The translations under genes were made by a program, and so were the position numbers. The notes beneath the pieces were generated by a model. That model worked only from the letters and a program-made list of their open reading frames with translations. It did no database searches and was not told the DNA's origin. This document shows, piece by piece, positions 4,554 to 6,013 of a stretch of DNA of 6,013 nt. The number at the start of each line of letters is the position of its first letter. The first letter of the stretch is position 1. Source of the DNA: Zygophlyctis sp. KS116. Lineage: Eukaryota > Fungi > Chytridiomycota. The stretch lies in the NCBI GenBank assembly GCA_054661495.1, contig BAAFSQ010000456.1, positions 1 through 6,013 of the forward strand, given 5' to 3'.

Positions 4554-5546
4554 TTATACTTGTAAAATTTCTTCATCCCTGACTAAAAACTGTACCAGTC
4601 GATCAATGGCATCCACTACTTGATCATCATTTTCAACTAAATGCAATTTCTGTACTATACTATACACCTTTTTATCTCGAAGAATTTCTCTAGATTCTCG
4701 TGTAGAACAAAGCAATAGCAAAATTTCAACTAATAATAGTCTAATCTGTGGGTTTGATTCTCTTTTCTTATCAGGTTCCAAGAATAAGAGTTCATCTGGA
4801 AGTCCATTAGACTCCTCTTCAGTTAAATCTTCAGGTCCTGCAAGTGGTAATAATAGTAGAGGTAAAATGTTGATTTCTTGTTCTGTCAAGATCCAACAAT
4901 GAATTTCAGAATTAAAGCAACAATTTTTAAGTACTGAAAGAACTCCAATCTTCCTAATGCTATTTGTATGACCAATAAATGCAATTATTTTTAATAATCT
5001 CTTTTCAGAATCTATTCTAGAATCTCCTAGAAAGAACTTTGATCCTATTTCTGTACTTGAAATATTTGCAAATACTCCAGAGAGATAATTAAAATCTGCA
5101 TTTTGATTGAATTTCTTTCCTTCTCCTCTAGCAAAAACTTCCAATAAGTTATCTAAATTTCCAGTCATTTCCTGTTCATCAGTTTTGAGTAGAATAGAAT
5201 TAATAAATTCAAATTTTGAAAGGTTATTTAATAGCATGCAACACAGATCTGCATAAAATGTTGTAGGCAGTATGATGAGCAAAATTATAAAATTAAGGAA
5301 ATCAACATCAGCCATCATTAATGCAAAATTTTCATGGGCCGACAAGTTGATTAATGTTTTTAAAACATCTGCAGATATTTCTTGTTGAATAACTTGCATT
5401 AAAGCCTTGACTGCGAATCCATCTTTTAATAAAAAGTAATTTTGATTCTGCAGCGATAGTCCTGCAAGTGCATTGGCTGCCAATTGTGAGACTTGTTTGT
5501 TCGGATCTCTCACCAGATCCACTAGATCAAAGATTTCTTGGGTCAT
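4554..5546 (-). CDS. HGH1: Hgh1/FAM203 ARM-repeat chaperone of eEF2, about 330 aa
   Basis: ADLCCMLLNNLSK, FNQNADFNYLSGVFANIS, IRKIGVLSVLKNCCF, ILPLLLLPLAGPE, LPDELLFLEPDKKRE and LLLLCSTRESREILR are characteristic of Hgh1 (DUF383/DUF384). The first ATG is at 5546; the ORF-track start at 5582 is GTG. Confidence 0.93.
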   Translation of the reverse strand: MTQEIFDLVDLVRDPNKQVSQLAANALAGLSLQNQNYFLLKDGFAVKALMQVIQQEISADVLKTLINLSAHENFALMMADVDFLNFIILLIILPTTFYADLCCMLLNNLSKFEFINSILLKTDEQEMTGNLDNLLEVFARGEGKKFNQNADFNYLSGVFANISSTEIGSKFFLGDSRIDSEKRLLKIIAFIGHTNSIRKIGVLSVLKNCCFNSEIHCWILTEQEINILPLLLLPLAGPEDLTEEESNGLPDELLFLEPDKKRESNPQIRLLLVEILLLLCSTRESREILRDKKVYSIVQKLHLVENDDQVVDAIDRLVQFLVRDEEILQV

Positions 5547-5725
5547 TGCTGATCTTGTCGAAACTAAAAACTGGACCTGCACCTTCTCCTGAAGTCAGAT
5601 TTGAACCACACAGGGGTAATACACAGACAACCCAACATGATGAGACATGCATGCCGTTTTGCGTCAGATCGTATCCTCACCGCAACGGCTGAATGCAAAC
5701 CGCTCATCCTTTAAAAAAACTGAAT

Positions 5726-6013
5726 ATGTTGGTCTTGCTCCTTCTTCGATTTCTTCCTTTGAATGCAAAAATCTCTGCGCCCAATGAAAAAGAAGTTGTA
5801 TATCGAATGTCTCATGATGCTGCTAAACTAGTGGATTATGAAATGGAAAGAAAAGCTGAAGAAATATCAAGTAAAATCTATGATATCCTTCATCCATTTC
5901 AAAAAAGGCAGTTCAATTCTGATGTCAAAAAAGGGGTCAAGGAACACTTGTATGAAAAGTTTGGAAATCCAATAATGCAGCAGATCCCCTTCAAGATCAG
6001 TGATACTATTCAT
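5726..6013 (+). CDS. 5' part of an uncharacterised, probably secreted protein (runs off the window)
   Basis: Open frame from ATG 5726 (in-frame upstream ATG at 5693) to the window end: MLVLLLLRFLPLNAKISAPNEKEVVYRMSHDAAKLVDYEMERKAEEISSKIYDILHPFQKRQFNSDVKK... It has a hydrophobic N-terminus and a KR dibasic site. Confidence 0.65.
   Translation, partial: MLVLLLLRFLPLNAKISAPNEKEVVYRMSHDAAKLVDYEMERKAEEISSKIYDILHPFQKRQFNSDVKKGVKEHLYEKFGNPIMQQIPFKISDTIH

Noticed and set aside
5585-5660. tRNA on the minus strand (GGTTCAAATC resembles a T-loop/B-box)
   Set aside because: The flanks do not form a T-stem, acceptor stem or anticodon arm.
5468-5692. 74-aa plus-strand ORF
   Set aside because: It has a non-ATG start, overlaps the HGH1 5' end antisense plus the promoter gap, and shows no recognisable motif.

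Overview
AT-rich, very compact eukaryotic DNA read in the standard genetic code. It most likely comes from an early-diverging, flagellated (chytrid-like) fungus; this is inferred from the fungal-type SEC22/HGH1/TTI2 and a CCDC24-like gene. Bases 1-720 hold a tandem array of four U5 spliceosomal snRNA genes (invariant loop I GCCTTTTAC, full stem I, Sm-like site, 3' hairpin), so the ORFs called there are spurious. The copies fall into two sequence subtypes linked by compensatory base changes, carry different 3' domains and share candidate upstream promoter motifs, and one copy has lost those motifs by deletion. The rest of the window is six tightly packed protein genes: TTI2-like (-), CCDC24-like (+), a RING-finger protein (-), SEC22 (+), HGH1 (-) and the 5' part of a probably secreted protein (+). 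Seven GT-AG introns of only 24-28 nt rebuild the TTI2, CCDC24-like and SEC22 frames. The most notable signal is ultra-short introns with degenerate branch points in the same genome as an expanded, slightly non-canonical U5 family. A functional link between the two is a hypothesis only. All protein assignments come from recalled family motifs, not database searches.
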